The notes: a model not told the origin generated them from the sequence alone. DNA of 64,000 bases from Rhodospirillales bacterium (GCA_016794025.1 JAEUKX010000027.1:11222-75221), one strand, 5' to 3'. Numbered from the stretch's first letter, positions 30,217 through 40,548 are shown. Made by a program: numbers and translations.

Positions 30217-31143
30217 CTAGCCTGCGAAGGGATGGGTCTTGATCCAGTGCCGCGCGATGTCCGCGCGCCGCGCGACCCAGACGCGATCATGTTTCTCGAC
30301 ATGGTCGAGGAAGCGTTGCAGGGCGCGGAAGCGGCCTGGCCGGCCGATTAGCCTGAGATGCAGGCCGATCGACATCATCTTGGGCGTCTCCGCGCCTTCG
30401 GCGTGAAGCACGTCGAAGGCGTCGCGTGCGTAGGCAAACCAGTCGTCGCCGGTGTTGAAGCCTTGCGCCGTGCCGAACTTCATGTCGTTGACGTCGAGCG
30501 TGTAGGGAATGACCAGATGCCCCTTGCCGCCTTCGCGCGTCCAGTAGGGCAGGTCGTCGTTGTAGGCGTCGCTCGAATAGAGCATGCCGAACTCGGCCGC
30601 CAGCGCACGCGTGTTGGGCGAGTTCCGGCCGGTGTACCAGCCAAGCGGCGGCGTGCCGGTCGCCTTCTCGATGGCGTCGATGGCAAGGCGGAAGTGCCGG
30701 CGTTCTTCGGCGACGGGCATCTTCTGGTAGTCGATCCAGCGCCAGCCATGGCTGGCGACCTCGTGACCGCCCTCGGCCATCGCGCGACCGGCTTCCGGAT
30801 GGCGCGTGAGCGCCATTCCCACGGCCCAGGAAGTGAATGGCAGGCGCCGTCGCTCGAACTCGCGCAGGATGCGCCAGAAGCCCGCACGGCTGCCGTACTC
30901 GTAGACGCTCTCGGTGCTCTCGTCGCGGCGGCCCTTGCGCGGCGCGAGGCCAACGACTTCCTGCAGGTAGACCTCCGACTCCCGGTCGCCATGCAGGACC
31001 GAGCGTTCGCCGCCCTCCTCGTAATTGACGACGAACGACACGGCAATGCGCGCCCCGTTCGGCCAGGCCGCATGCGGCGGATTGCGCCCATAGCCGACAA
31101 GATCTCGCGGATAGGCGGGCTTCCTAGGCTTGCGGGGGGGCAT
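30217..31143 (-). CDS. puuE: Allantoinase PuuE (polysaccharide deacetylase family)
   Basis: YPRDLVGYGRNPPHAAWPNGARIAVSFVVNYEEGGERSVLHGDRESE and YEYGSRAGFWRIL closely follow the PuuE pattern. 308 aa. Confidence 0.85.
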   Translation of the reverse strand: MPPRKPRKPAYPRDLVGYGRNPPHAAWPNGARIAVSFVVNYEEGGERSVLHGDRESEVYLQEVVGLAPRKGRRDESTESVYEYGSRAGFWRILREFERRRLPFTSWAVGMALTRHPEAGRAMAEGGHEVASHGWRWIDYQKMPVAEERRHFRLAIDAIEKATGTPPLGWYTGRNSPNTRALAAEFGMLYSSDAYNDDLPYWTREGGKGHLVIPYTLDVNDMKFGTAQGFNTGDDWFAYARDAFDVLHAEGAETPKMMSIGLHLRLIGRPGRFRALQRFLDHVEKHDRVWVARRADIARHWIKTHPFAG

Positions 31144-32329
31144 CGGCTGTCGGCTCCGTCGCGGCTGGGGAGGTGAGGATACGCACGAAATTGAGCAGCA
31201 TCGCGTCCTCGCCGGCGGGGGCCATGAACGAGATGCCGACAGGGGCCTCGTCGGCGAAACCGGCGGGCAGCGTGATCTGCGGCAGGCCGGCAAGCCCGGC
31301 GATGCAGGTCAAGGGCAGCGTGCGCAGGCGCACGCGCTCGAAGGTCTGCTCGTCGGCCTCGCGGGCCGGCGGGGGCGTGGGGGCGGTCGGCAGGCACAGG
31401 ACGGTGCCCGGTGTCATCAGCGCCGCAATGCGCGCACGCACGCCCTCGCGCGCGTCGCTCCGGGCCCGCACCGTCGGCGCGTCGATCCGGCGGGCAAAAT
31501 CGAAGCGCGCCGCGATGTCGGGCGCGAGCTTCGGGGTGACGGCGGTCAGCCACTCGCCGTGGCAACTCCAGGCTTCCGCCGCGGACAGGAGGCGATAGGT
31601 CTCCGCCCAGTCTGCGATCGCGTCGCCGGCGATGTCGGCGTCGTTCGTCTCGTCGAAGAACGAGCGCGCGCGGCCGACCCAGGGCAGAAGCGCCTGATGC
31701 ACTTCGCCATCCACGAGGCGCATGAGGTCCGCGGCAACGATCAGGCGAGAAGGCTCGGCCGGTTCCGCGCTCTCGTCGAGCAGCGCCCGCCCGACACGCT
31801 CGAGCAGTTCGGCGTCGCGCGCGAACCAGCCCACTGCATCGAAAGTGGGTGCAAGCGGCACCACGCCCTCCGTCGGGATCCGTCCATGCGTCGGCCGCAT
31901 GCCGAAAAGCCCGCAGTAACTTGCCGGGATGCGGATCGATCCGGCCGTGTCCGTCCCGATGGCGAAATCGCACGCACGGCCGGCGACAGCCGAGGCGGAG
32001 CCCGACGACGAGCCGCCCGGAACACGCTCCGGCGCCGCCGGGTTGACGGGCATGCCGTAATGCATGTTGCGTCCCGTAAGCCCGTAGGCGAGTTCGTCCA
32101 TCAGCGTCTTGCCGAGGAGGGTGGCGCCGGCATCGAGCAGCGTGCGGACGGCGGGCGCAGTCCGCGTCGCCTTGTTGTGTGTCTGGAGCCAGGTCGGGTT
32201 CCCGGCGCCGGTGCGGTGACCGGAAATGTCGAAATTGTCCTTGGCCGAGAAGACGGTGCCGCGCAGCGGGCCATCCTCGGCTCCCGAGACCTTCACGCGT
32301 TCGTGGCGGGTATAGGCGTCGAGATTCAT
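31124..32329 (-). CDS. Amidase-signature family amidase
   Basis: GGSSSGSASAVA signature; KDNFDI Lys region. 3' end overlaps the puuE start by 20 nt. Confidence 0.85.
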   Translation of the reverse strand: MNLDAYTRHERVKVSGAEDGPLRGTVFSAKDNFDISGHRTGAGNPTWLQTHNKATRTAPAVRTLLDAGATLLGKTLMDELAYGLTGRNMHYGMPVNPAAPERVPGGSSSGSASAVAGRACDFAIGTDTAGSIRIPASYCGLFGMRPTHGRIPTEGVVPLAPTFDAVGWFARDAELLERVGRALLDESAEPAEPSRLIVAADLMRLVDGEVHQALLPWVGRARSFFDETNDADIAGDAIADWAETYRLLSAAEAWSCHGEWLTAVTPKLAPDIAARFDFARRIDAPTVRARSDAREGVRARIAALMTPGTVLCLPTAPTPPPAREADEQTFERVRLRTLPLTCIAGLAGLPQITLPAGFADEAPVGISFMAPAGEDAMLLNFVRILTSPAATEPTADAPPQA

Positions 32330-32474
32330 GCGTGTCCGCTACCTTGCAGTCAGCCCGCGAATTCCCGCAACCGGTGATTCGCACGTTCCGCAAGCGTAGC
32401 CCAAAGGACGCACGGCCGCCACGCGCCGGCTTCGACTGGCGCATTGACAAGGAATTGCGCTTGCTTTCTCTTTT

Positions 32475-32490
32475 CCTCCGGCTTCGGAGG
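32475..32490 (+). promoter_or_regulatory. Hairpin that sequesters the potF Shine-Dalgarno sequence
   Basis: CCTCCG-GCTT-CGGAGG. The 3' arm is the only SD (CGGAGGAG), 10 nt before the ATG at 32501. Confidence 0.45.
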
Positions 32491-32500
32491 AGAATCGATC

Positions 32501-33595
32501 ATGCGCAAGGGATGGATTGCCGGACTGGCCATCGTCGCGGCATTCGCCGCCGGCGGCGCTCGCGCGCAGGGCACGCTCAACATCTACAACTGGAACGACT
32601 ACGTGTCGCCCGAGGCGCTCGAGCGCTTCCAGAAGGAGACGGGCACCAAGGTCGTCTACGACACCTACGATTCGAACGAAACGCTCGATGCCAAGCTGCG
32701 CGCCGGCCGCTCCGGCTACGATCTGGTCGTGCCGACGGCCTCGCCATTCCTCGCCCAGCAGATCCCGGCGCATCTCTACCAGCCGTTCGACCGCTCGAAG
32801 CTGCCGAATTTCAAGAACATCGACCCCGTTGCCCTCAAGCAGCTCGAGCGCGCCGATCCGGGCAACCGCTACGGCATCCCCCACCTGTCGAGCACGACGG
32901 GCATCGGGTACAACATCGAACGCATCAGCCGGATCATGGCCGATGCGCCGGTCTATTCTCTGCGCATGTTCTTCGATCCGGATATCGTCAAGCGCTTCCA
33001 GTCGTGCGGTGTCGTCATGCTCGACTCGCCGACCGACGTGTTCCCCGCCGCCCTTGCCTACCTGAAGCTCGATCCGGACTCCAAGTCGCCAGACGATCTC
33101 AAGAAGGCGACCGACCTCGTCATGCGCATCCGCCCCTACGTGCGCAAGTGGCACTCCTCGGAATACATCAACGATCTTGCCAATGGCGACGCCTGCCTTG
33201 CGTTTGGCTATTCGGGCGACATCAAGCAGGCGGCCGCACGCGCGACCGAAGCCGGCAAGCGCGGCGTGCGCATCGAATACGCCATTCCGCAGGAAGGTGC
33301 GCAGCTCGCCAATGACGTCTGGGCAATCCCGGCGGATGCCCGCAACGTCGCCGCGGCGCACAGCTTCGTCAATTTCATGCTCCGGCCCGAGATCGCGGCG
33401 CTCAACTCCGATGCCGTCGGCTATCCGAACGCGGTTCCGGCCTCGCGCCCGCTCGTAAAGCCGGAAGTGCGCGACGATCCGACCGTGTTCATGCCCGACG
33501 AGGTGCGTGCGCGCCTATTCACCATCACGCCGGCCAAGCGCGACTACGAGCGCCTGCGCACGCGCGCCTGGACCCGCGTGACAGCCGGTCGCTAA
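32501..33595 (+). CDS. potF: Polyamine (putrescine/spermidine) ABC transporter substrate-binding protein
   Basis: Signal peptide, then [10 protein letters not shown] and YDLVVPT motifs typical of PotF/PotD. Gene order SBP-ATPase-permease-permease matches potFGHI. Confidence 0.8.
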   Translation: MRKGWIAGLAIVAAFAAGGARAQGTLNIYNWNDYVSPEALERFQKETGTKVVYDTYDSNETLDAKLRAGRSGYDLVVPTASPFLAQQIPAHLYQPFDRSKLPNFKNIDPVALKQLERADPGNRYGIPHLSSTTGIGYNIERISRIMADAPVYSLRMFFDPDIVKRFQSCGVVMLDSPTDVFPAALAYLKLDPDSKSPDDLKKATDLVMRIRPYVRKWHSSEYINDLANGDACLAFGYSGDIKQAAARATEAGKRGVRIEYAIPQEGAQLANDVWAIPADARNVAAAHSFVNFMLRPEIAALNSDAVGYPNAVPASRPLVKPEVRDDPTVFMPDEVRARLFTITPAKRDYERLRTRAWTRVTAGR

Positions 33596-33606
33596 GGCGG
33601 CGGGCG

Positions 33607-34554
33607 TTGATCCGGGTCGAGGGTCTGACGAAGCGGTTTGGCGGCATCCCGGCCGTCGACGGCGTCGATCTGGAGATCGGCCAGGGCGAGATTTTCTGCC
33701 TCCTGGGGCCGTCCGGCTGCGGGAAGACGACGCTGCTTCGGTGCATCGGCGGGTTCGAGGCGCCGGATGCCGGACGCGTGCTGCTCGACGGTCACGACGT
33801 GACGGGTCACGCGCCATGGCTGCGGCCCGTCAACACGGTCTTTCAGAGCTACGCGCTGTTTCCGCACCTGAGCGTAGCCGCAAATGTCGCCTTCGGCCTC
33901 GAGACGCTGGCCATGTCGAAGGCCGAACGCGCGGCACGCGTGGCGGAAATGATCTCGCTTGTCCGGCTCGAAGGCCTTGCCGCGCGCCGGCCCTCGCAGC
34001 TTTCCGGCGGGCAGCGCCAGCGCGTGGCGATCGCGCGCGCACTCGCGAGGCATCCGAAGGTCCTGCTGCTCGACGAACCTCTGTCGGCGCTGGACGCCAA
34101 GCTTCGGGAAGAAACGCGGCTCGAGCTCGTCGATCTGCAGGCGCGGCTCGGCATTTCCTTCGTTTTCGTCACGCACGATCAGGACGAGGCGATGGCGATT
34201 TCCGACCGGATCGGCGTGATGCAGGGCGGCCGGATCGTCCAGGTCGGCGCACCGGCGGAGATCTACGATCGGCCCGCGACGCGCTTCGTGGCCGAGTTCG
34301 TCGGGCGCATCAATCTATTTGCCCGCGACGGAGGGTGGATCGCCGTCCGGCCGGAACGCATCGGGCTGGGCGCCGGTCCGCACGCCGGCACCGTGCGCGA
34401 GTGCGCCTTTCTCGGCGAGCGCAGGCTCGTCTTCATCGACAGCGCGCTCGGCCGTGTCGTGGCGAGCGTTGCGGGCAGCGACATCGTGCCCGAGAACGGT
34501 GCCGCCGTCGGCTTCGGCTGGCCAGCAGATGCCGAACGGAGATTGCCAGCATGA
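33607..34554 (+). CDS. potG: Polyamine ABC transporter ATP-binding protein
   Basis: [38 protein letters not shown] start as given in the ORF track. Confidence 0.8.
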   Translation: MIRVEGLTKRFGGIPAVDGVDLEIGQGEIFCLLGPSGCGKTTLLRCIGGFEAPDAGRVLLDGHDVTGHAPWLRPVNTVFQSYALFPHLSVAANVAFGLETLAMSKAERAARVAEMISLVRLEGLAARRPSQLSGGQRQRVAIARALARHPKVLLLDEPLSALDAKLREETRLELVDLQARLGISFVFVTHDQDEAMAISDRIGVMQGGRIVQVGAPAEIYDRPATRFVAEFVGRINLFARDGGWIAVRPERIGLGAGPHAGTVRECAFLGERRLVFIDSALGRVVASVAGSDIVPENGAAVGFGWPADAERRLPA

Positions 34555-35405
34555 GCGAGGCGCCCTGGCATTCGCGCGCGCGCCGGATATTCGTTGTTCC
34601 GGCATTCGCGTGGCTCGCGGCGACCGTCGCGCTCCCGCTGGCACTGGTTGCCGCAATCAGCCTTGGCGAGGCGACGCAGGGCGCGCCGCCCTTCGACTGG
34701 TCGTTCACGTTCTCCAACTATGCGATCGTCTTGGGCGATGCGCTCTATGTCGAGGCGTTCGCCGCGTCGGTACGCATTGCCGGGACGTCCACGGCAATCT
34801 GTCTGCTGATCGGCTACCCGATGGCACTTGCAATCGCGCGTGCACGGCCCGAGCGGCGATTGTGGCTGCTCTTTCTCGTCGTGCTGCCCTGCTGGACGTC
34901 GTTCCTCATCCGCGTCTATGCGTGGATGGGGATCCTTCGTCCGACCGGCTACATCAACTCGGCCTTGCAGGCGTTGGGTCTTGTCGAAGAGCCACTTGGT
35001 CTCATCGCGAACGCGTTCGCCGTCCATCTCGGCATCGTCTATGCCTATCTTCCGTTCATGGTCCTGCCGCTTTACGCGACGATCGAGCGCATCGATGCTG
35101 CGCTGGTCGAAGCGGCCCATGACCTGGGTGCCCCGCCGGCGCGCGCCTTCTGGCGCGTGACGTTTCCCCTTTCGCTGCCCGGTGCGGTCGCCGGCTCGTT
35201 GCTGGTGTTCATCCCGGCGTCGGGCGAGTTCGTCATTCCCGATCTGCTCGGCGGGCCGGACACCCAGATGATAGGCCGCATCCTGTGGCTCGAATTCTTC
35301 CAGAACCGGGACTGGCCCGTGGCATGCGCGATCGCGACGGCGCTCGCGGCGCTGCTTGCCGGGCCGATCCTTCTCTTCGACCGTTATCGCGCGCGCGGCA
35401 CGTGA
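34551..35405 (+). CDS. potH: Polyamine ABC transporter permease
   Basis: ATGA overlap. Membrane protein with loop [27 protein letters not shown]. Confidence 0.8.
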   Translation: MSEAPWHSRARRIFVVPAFAWLAATVALPLALVAAISLGEATQGAPPFDWSFTFSNYAIVLGDALYVEAFAASVRIAGTSTAICLLIGYPMALAIARARPERRLWLLFLVVLPCWTSFLIRVYAWMGILRPTGYINSALQALGLVEEPLGLIANAFAVHLGIVYAYLPFMVLPLYATIERIDAALVEAAHDLGAPPARAFWRVTFPLSLPGAVAGSLLVFIPASGEFVIPDLLGGPDTQMIGRILWLEFFQNRDWPVACAIATALAALLAGPILLFDRYRARGT

Positions 35406-36202
35406 GGGGCGCGCGCACTTGGACGTGGGTTCCCGCCGCACTTGCGGCCGGTTTCGTCTTTCTCTATCTGCCGATTGTCCTGCTGGTCGTTTTCAGCTTC
35501 AACGAGAGCAGGCTCGTGACCGTCTGGGCGGGTTTCTCGACGCGCTGGTACGGCGAACTTCTCTCCAACGGACGCATGCTCGACGCGGCCGGTCTCAGCC
35601 TTTCGGTTGCCGCGGTCGCCGCGACCCTGTCGGCCGTGTTCGGGTCGCTCGCGGGTTATGCGATGGGCCGCTTCGGCCGCTTCCGGCTGCGCACGCTATT
35701 TGCCCTGCTGCTGCTCGCCCCGATGGTGCTGCCCGAGGTAATCCTGGGCCTTTCGATGCTGATGACGTTCACCACGCTCGACCGGCTGATCGGCTGGCCG
35801 GCGGAGCGGGGATTTCTCGTGATCGCCTTCGCGCATGCCACCTATGGCACGGCGTTTGTCGCGGTGATCGTCGAGGCGCGCTTGCGGGGTCTGGACCCGG
35901 CTCTTGAGGAGGCGGCGCTCGACCTTGGCGCAGGGCCTGTCCGGGCGTTCGTGCGCGTCGTGCTGCCGCTCCTGCTGCCGGCTGTCGTCGCCGGTTGGCT
36001 GCTGGCCTTCACCCTTTCGCTCGACGATCTCGTGGTGGCGAGCTTCGTGTCTGGGCCGGGCGCGACGACGCTGCCGATGCTCGTCTATTCGAGTGTGCGG
36101 CTTGGCCTGTCGCCGCAGATCAATGCACTCGCGACGATCCTAGTGATCGTCGTCACGCTGCTGGCGCTTTTGGGCTCGAGACAGGGTCGGAAAGCGGCGT
36201 AA
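35402..36202 (+). CDS. potI: Polyamine ABC transporter permease
   Basis: GTGA overlap with the potH stop. LEEAALDLGAGPVRAFVRVVLPLLLP loop. Confidence 0.75.
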   Translation: MRGARTWTWVPAALAAGFVFLYLPIVLLVVFSFNESRLVTVWAGFSTRWYGELLSNGRMLDAAGLSLSVAAVAATLSAVFGSLAGYAMGRFGRFRLRTLFALLLLAPMVLPEVILGLSMLMTFTTLDRLIGWPAERGFLVIAFAHATYGTAFVAVIVEARLRGLDPALEEAALDLGAGPVRAFVRVVLPLLLPAVVAGWLLAFTLSLDDLVVASFVSGPGATTLPMLVYSSVRLGLSPQINALATILVIVVTLLALLGSRQGRKAA

Positions 36203-36220
36203 TTTGTCCTTGAGTTATCC

Positions 36221-36395
36221 ACAGTCTGTGTCTTTTGCAATTTCGGAATCAACATTGATTCAGTGAGTTGATCGAGATTTCTCGTGTAAAAAATCCGGCG
36301 AAGAACAGACTGTCTAATTTTGCGCGGGCGTGCGGATGGCTTGCTTGAACGGGTCGATTTGAATCGGCATCATCCGCCGTCAATTTGGCGGAATC
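36221..36395. promoter_or_regulatory. Control region of the M23-bactofilin operon (palindromes, GANTC sites)
   Basis: ACAGTCTGT (36221-29) and ACAGACTGT (36305-13) lie 84 bp apart. Palindrome GAATCAA-CA-TTGATTC at 36246-61. GANTC at 36246, 36257, 36361 and 36391. The tract is AT-rich relative to its flanks. Confidence 0.4.
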
Positions 36396-36463
36396 GCACC
36401 GGACGAAGTGCCGATCCGGGCGAAGATCGTTTCAAGGCAACCAGACGGGTCGAAGTCGGAGAT

Positions 36464-37789
36464 ATGGCGCAACACGGATCAAACCGGTCGGAAGTTTCAT
36501 GGCTCGCACGAGTTGACGCGCGCCTGTTCCGTCCGCGCGAGATCCTGATGCGGACCGATGGGGCGGTCCGGCTCATTTCGGTCGGCGCCGGCCTTCAGCG
36601 CATGGCCGCGGTCCTTGTGGTGACGGCCGCCGCGCTGGCAGGCGTGGCCGCAGACAGCTACCGCGCGGCGCTGGTCGAGATCGAGCAGCGCGCACAGGAC
36701 GTCGCGCGCCTGCAGGACGATCACCGCACGCGGCTCGAGGAACTCGGCGAGGCGCTGGCCCGTGCGACCGAACGCGGTCGGGCCGAGGCGGCGGAGGCTG
36801 TTGCCGGACTCGTCGAGCAGCGCAACCGCCTGACCGAGCGCATGACGGAAATCGAGCAGGGTCTCGCCGCGGCGGAAAGCGAACGCGAACGCGCGATCGA
36901 GACCCACGAAGGCCTGATGGAACGCCTGCGCGGCGTCGAGGCGCGTCTTGCCGGCCGTGCGCCGGACGCGGCAAGTGCCGCCGAGCGCGTGGCAGCGCTT
37001 GAGCGGCTGCGGATCGAGACGCTCGCCGAGCGCGGCCGTCTGGCGGTCGAGGCGCGCCGTCTTGCGATCGAACATCGCGCGACGACCGGCGATCTCGCGA
37101 GCCTTCGCGAAGTCGATCGCGACGCCGCGCGTGCGCAGGACGCTGCGTTGGCGGAAATTTCGGGCAGCACGCGGGCGCAGATCGAGGCGATCGCGCGCGT
37201 GCTGCGCACCGCCGGACTCCAGCCCGAACGCGTGCTCGGCATCCGGAGCCGCAATGCAGGCGGCCCGTTCGTGGGCCCGGCGGCCGATCGCGCGACGAGC
37301 GATCCGAGCCTGATGCTGGCCTCGCTGGGATCCGATCTCGAACGCCTGCGCGACATGCGGGCATCGATCCGGCGCCTGCCGTTGCGCGCACCGCTCGACG
37401 AGTTCAACGTCATGAGCCCGTTCGGAATGCGTCGCGACCCGTTCAACGGCCAGCTGGCCATGCACAGCGGCATCGACCTGTCGGCGCCGCCGCGCACGCC
37501 CGTGCTGGCGACGGCGGCGGGCAAGGTCGTGACTGCCGGCTGGAGCGGCGAATACGGAAACCTGGTCGAAATCCAGCACGACTTCGGGCTCTCGACGCGC
37601 TATGGTCACCTCACGCGCATCGATGTGCGCGTTGGACAGCGCATCGAGCGTCGGCAGTCGGTCGGGCTGCTCGGTTCGACCGGCCGGAGCACCGGCCCGC
37701 ATGTCCATTACGAGGTTCTCGTCGACGGCCGTGCCGTCGACCCCATCCGTTTCCTGGAGGCTGCCCGCAATGTTCGGAAAGTCGAATAA
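36464..37789 (+). CDS. M23 (LytM) family metallopeptidase with an N-terminal membrane anchor and a long coiled coil
   Basis: ATG at 36464 follows GGAGAT. TM segment AAVLVVTAAALAGVAA; Ala/Glu/Arg-rich coiled coil. Intact LytM motifs HSGIDL and GPHVHYEV. Confidence 0.85.
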   Translation: MAQHGSNRSEVSWLARVDARLFRPREILMRTDGAVRLISVGAGLQRMAAVLVVTAAALAGVAADSYRAALVEIEQRAQDVARLQDDHRTRLEELGEALARATERGRAEAAEAVAGLVEQRNRLTERMTEIEQGLAAAESERERAIETHEGLMERLRGVEARLAGRAPDAASAAERVAALERLRIETLAERGRLAVEARRLAIEHRATTGDLASLREVDRDAARAQDAALAEISGSTRAQIEAIARVLRTAGLQPERVLGIRSRNAGGPFVGPAADRATSDPSLMLASLGSDLERLRDMRASIRRLPLRAPLDEFNVMSPFGMRRDPFNGQLAMHSGIDLSAPPRTPVLATAAGKVVTAGWSGEYGNLVEIQHDFGLSTRYGHLTRIDVRVGQRIERRQSVGLLGSTGRSTGPHVHYEVLVDGRAVDPIRFLEAARNVRKVE

Positions 37790-38201
37790 GACCGCTCCCG
37801 ACGTCCGCAACCACAAGGGCGCTGCCAATCCTTCGCTGCCGTCGATCATCTCGGCCGGCCTGTCGCTGAAGGGCGATATCAACTGCGAAGGCGATATCCA
37901 GCTCGACGGGCGTGTGGAAGGCGTGATCCGCACCAAGTCGCTGACCATCGGTGCGACGGGTGAGGTCCGCGGCGAGATTTCGGCCGAGCGCGTGCGTGTC
38001 CTCGGGAAGGTCTTCGGGCCGATCCGCGCCAAGGCGATCGACCTTGGCCGGAGCGCGCAGGTCGTCGGCGACATCCGCTACGAGACGCTGACGGTCGAGC
38101 AGGAAGCGCAGGTCGACGGCCATATCCAGCGCGTCGAGGATACGGCTGCGGCGCGCGATCAGGCGCCGCTTGCACTGGTTCACGACCTGACGAAGAAGTA
38201 G
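37770..38201 (+). CDS. Bactofilin (polymer-forming cytoskeletal protein)
   Basis: MFGKSN... followed by beta-helical repeats (GDINCEGDIQLDGRVEGVIRTKSLTIGATGEVRGEISAERVRVLGKVFG). Overlaps the M23 gene by 20 nt. Confidence 0.85.
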   Translation: MFGKSNKTAPDVRNHKGAANPSLPSIISAGLSLKGDINCEGDIQLDGRVEGVIRTKSLTIGATGEVRGEISAERVRVLGKVFGPIRAKAIDLGRSAQVVGDIRYETLTVEQEAQVDGHIQRVEDTAAARDQAPLALVHDLTKK

Positions 38202-38205
38202 CCGA

Positions 38206-38985
38206 TCAGACCAGCGCCTGCGTGTCGCCGTCGATCGACAGCGCCTGGCCCGACACGTTCCGGCCACCGGGGCCGGCCAGGAAAACCGCCATCCGTGCGA
38301 TGTCGTCCGCGTCGACCATGCGGCCGAGCGAGGCTTGGCGCGTATAGAGCTTTTCCATGTCCGCGACCGGCACGCCCTTGGAGCGTGCCTTCGCATCGAT
38401 CACGCGGCGGATGCGCGGTCCGTCGACGGCACCGGGCAGGATCGCGTTCACGCGGATGTTGTCGGGGCCAAGCTCGATCGCCAGGCTCTTCGTGAATCCG
38501 ACCACGGCCCACTTGCTCGCCGAATAGGGCGTGCGATGCGCAAAGCCGAATTTTCCCGCGGCCGACGAAAGATTGACGATCGTCCCGCCGCCGCTGGCCC
38601 GCAGCATCGGGATCGCCCGGCGTGCGCACAGGAACTGGGAGTCGATATTCACCTCGAGCGTCCGGCGCCAGTCCTTGAGGGAAAGCGATTCTGCGGGGCC
38701 CGTGGGTCCGGCGACGCCTGCGTTGTTCACGAGGACGTCGAGCCCGCCGAGCTTGCCCGAGACGTCGCCGAACAACTCGTCGACCTCGCGCTCGTCCGAC
38801 ACGTCGCACTCGAAGGCGGCGTGGCCGGGCAGTTCCTGCCGGAATTCGGCAAGCGCCGCATCGTCGATATCGCAGACCGCCACGCGCGCGCCGGCTGCGG
38901 CAAAGGCGCCTGCGATGGCCCGTCCGATGCCGGCAGCGCCGGCAGTCACGAGTACGCGGAGGTCCCGGCAGGTCTGGTCGGTCAT
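38206..38985 (-). CDS. SDR family oxidoreductase
   Basis: TAGAAGIGRAIA cofactor motif, NNAG, YSASKWAV catalytic motif. Confidence 0.85.
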   Translation of the reverse strand: MTDQTCRDLRVLVTAGAAGIGRAIAGAFAAAGARVAVCDIDDAALAEFRQELPGHAAFECDVSDEREVDELFGDVSGKLGGLDVLVNNAGVAGPTGPAESLSLKDWRRTLEVNIDSQFLCARRAIPMLRASGGGTIVNLSSAAGKFGFAHRTPYSASKWAVVGFTKSLAIELGPDNIRVNAILPGAVDGPRIRRVIDAKARSKGVPVADMEKLYTRQASLGRMVDADDIARMAVFLAGPGGRNVSGQALSIDGDTQALV

Positions 38986-39036
38986 GCGTCTTCCCCTGGT
39001 GCGTGCCGTCGGGCGCGTGGCTAAACTCCGACCGGC

Positions 39037-39876
39037 ATGGAGAATGGTGATAGCACGCGCGGGTTGGCGCGTCCCGCGGTTAACGGTCGCGCCGGCGCGG
39101 CCTTCGCGCGGGATGCCGATGGCGTTGTCCGGCTCAAGGATCTCGAACAGCGCGACCCGCTCAAGATCCTGTTCCCGGATCCGCTGGATGAGCGCCAGCC
39201 GGTCGCCGTGCTTGTCAACACTGGGGGCGGCATCGTCGGCGGCGACAGGCTATCGACGGGGATAGAGCTCGGGCCCGGCGCCCAGGCGCTGGTCGTCGGC
39301 CAGGCGGCCGAGAAGGTCTACCGGAGCTGGGGCCCGCCGGCCGAGGTCCGAAACCGACTTGTGCTGGGTGCAGGCGCACGTCTGGAATGGTTCCCGCAGG
39401 AGACGATCCTTTTCGACCGGGCCCGTCTCGATCGCAGTCTCGATCTTCGTCTCGAGGCCGGCGCGACGTTCCTGGGCGGGGAGATCGTCGTCTACGGCCG
39501 GCGGGCGCGCGGTGAAACTTTGACCGGCGGCTCGCTGCGCGATGGATGGGCGATCCGTCGGGGTGATCGGTTGGTGTGGCTGGACCGGTTCGTGGCCGAT
39601 CCGCTCGACGATGCGCTGCTTGATCGGCCGGCCCTGCTCGACGGCGCCCGTGCGTCAGCCATGATGGTCTGTCTTGCCGACGATCCGGCGCAAGCGCTGG
39701 AAATTGCACGGGGGCAGGCGGGGGTTTCGTGCGGCATCGTCAATGGCGTACTAGTCGCGCGGCTGCTGGATCGCGATGTTCCGGCGCTGCGGGGGCGCTA
39801 TTGCCGGCTTTGGCAGGCGCTCCGACACGGCATATTCGGGTTGCCGGAGGGGATTTCCCGGCTTTGGCACGTGTGA
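39037..39876 (+). CDS. ureD: Urease accessory protein UreD
   Basis: 279 aa, first gene of the ure cluster. VNTGGGIVGGDRL motif. Confidence 0.85.
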   Translation: MENGDSTRGLARPAVNGRAGAAFARDADGVVRLKDLEQRDPLKILFPDPLDERQPVAVLVNTGGGIVGGDRLSTGIELGPGAQALVVGQAAEKVYRSWGPPAEVRNRLVLGAGARLEWFPQETILFDRARLDRSLDLRLEAGATFLGGEIVVYGRRARGETLTGGSLRDGWAIRRGDRLVWLDRFVADPLDDALLDRPALLDGARASAMMVCLADDPAQALEIARGQAGVSCGIVNGVLVARLLDRDVPALRGRYCRLWQALRHGIFGLPEGISRLWHV

Positions 39877-39911
39877 TGCTAGGATCAAGGCCAGTGGGGG
39901 AGTGACTGCCG

Positions 39912-40214
39912 ATGAATCTCAGTCCGCGCGAGAAAGACAAGCTTCTGGTCGCCATGGCCGCGATGGTGGCGCGCCGGCGGCTGGAACGGGGGGTCAAGCT
40001 CAACCACCCCGAAGCCGTGGCGCTGATCGCGGATTTCGTCGTGGAAGGGGCCCGCGACGGCCGGGCGGTCGCCGACCTGATGCGAGACGGCGCGAAGGTC
40101 GTGCGTCGCGACCAGGTGATGGATGGAATCGCCGAAATGATTCACGAAATTCAGGTCGAGGCGACCTTCCCCGACGGCACGAAACTCGTGACCGTCCACA
40201 ACCCCATCCGATGA
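39912..40214 (+). CDS. ureA: Urease subunit gamma
   Basis: [39 protein letters not shown]; 100 aa. Confidence 0.97.
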   Translation: MNLSPREKDKLLVAMAAMVARRRLERGVKLNHPEAVALIADFVVEGARDGRAVADLMRDGAKVVRRDQVMDGIAEMIHEIQVEATFPDGTKLVTVHNPIR

Positions 40215-40221
40215 GGGCGCG

Positions 40222-40548
40222 ATGAAGCCGGGCGAGGTTCTTGTCAGGGACGGCGAGATCGAACTGAATGTCGGGCGACCGACCGCCAGGATCGACGTGG
40301 CAAATGCAGGCGACAGGCCGATCCAGGTCGGTTCGCACTATCACTTTTTCGAAACCAACCCGGCGCTCGCCTTCGACCGCAAGAAGGCTTACGGGATGCG
40401 CCTCGATATTCCGGCGGGGACGGCGGTCCGCTTCGAACCGGGCCAGACGCGGTCGGTGACACTCGTGGCGTATGCCGGTGCGGGAATCGTCCACGGCTTT
40501 CGCGGCGACGTGAATGGGCGGCTCAAGAAGCCCAAGCGGGGGAAGTGA
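40222..40548 (+). CDS. ureB: Urease subunit beta
   Basis: MKPGEV...[22 protein letters not shown]. Confidence 0.97.
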   Translation: MKPGEVLVRDGEIELNVGRPTARIDVANAGDRPIQVGSHYHFFETNPALAFDRKKAYGMRLDIPAGTAVRFEPGQTRSVTLVAYAGAGIVHGFRGDVNGRLKKPKRGK

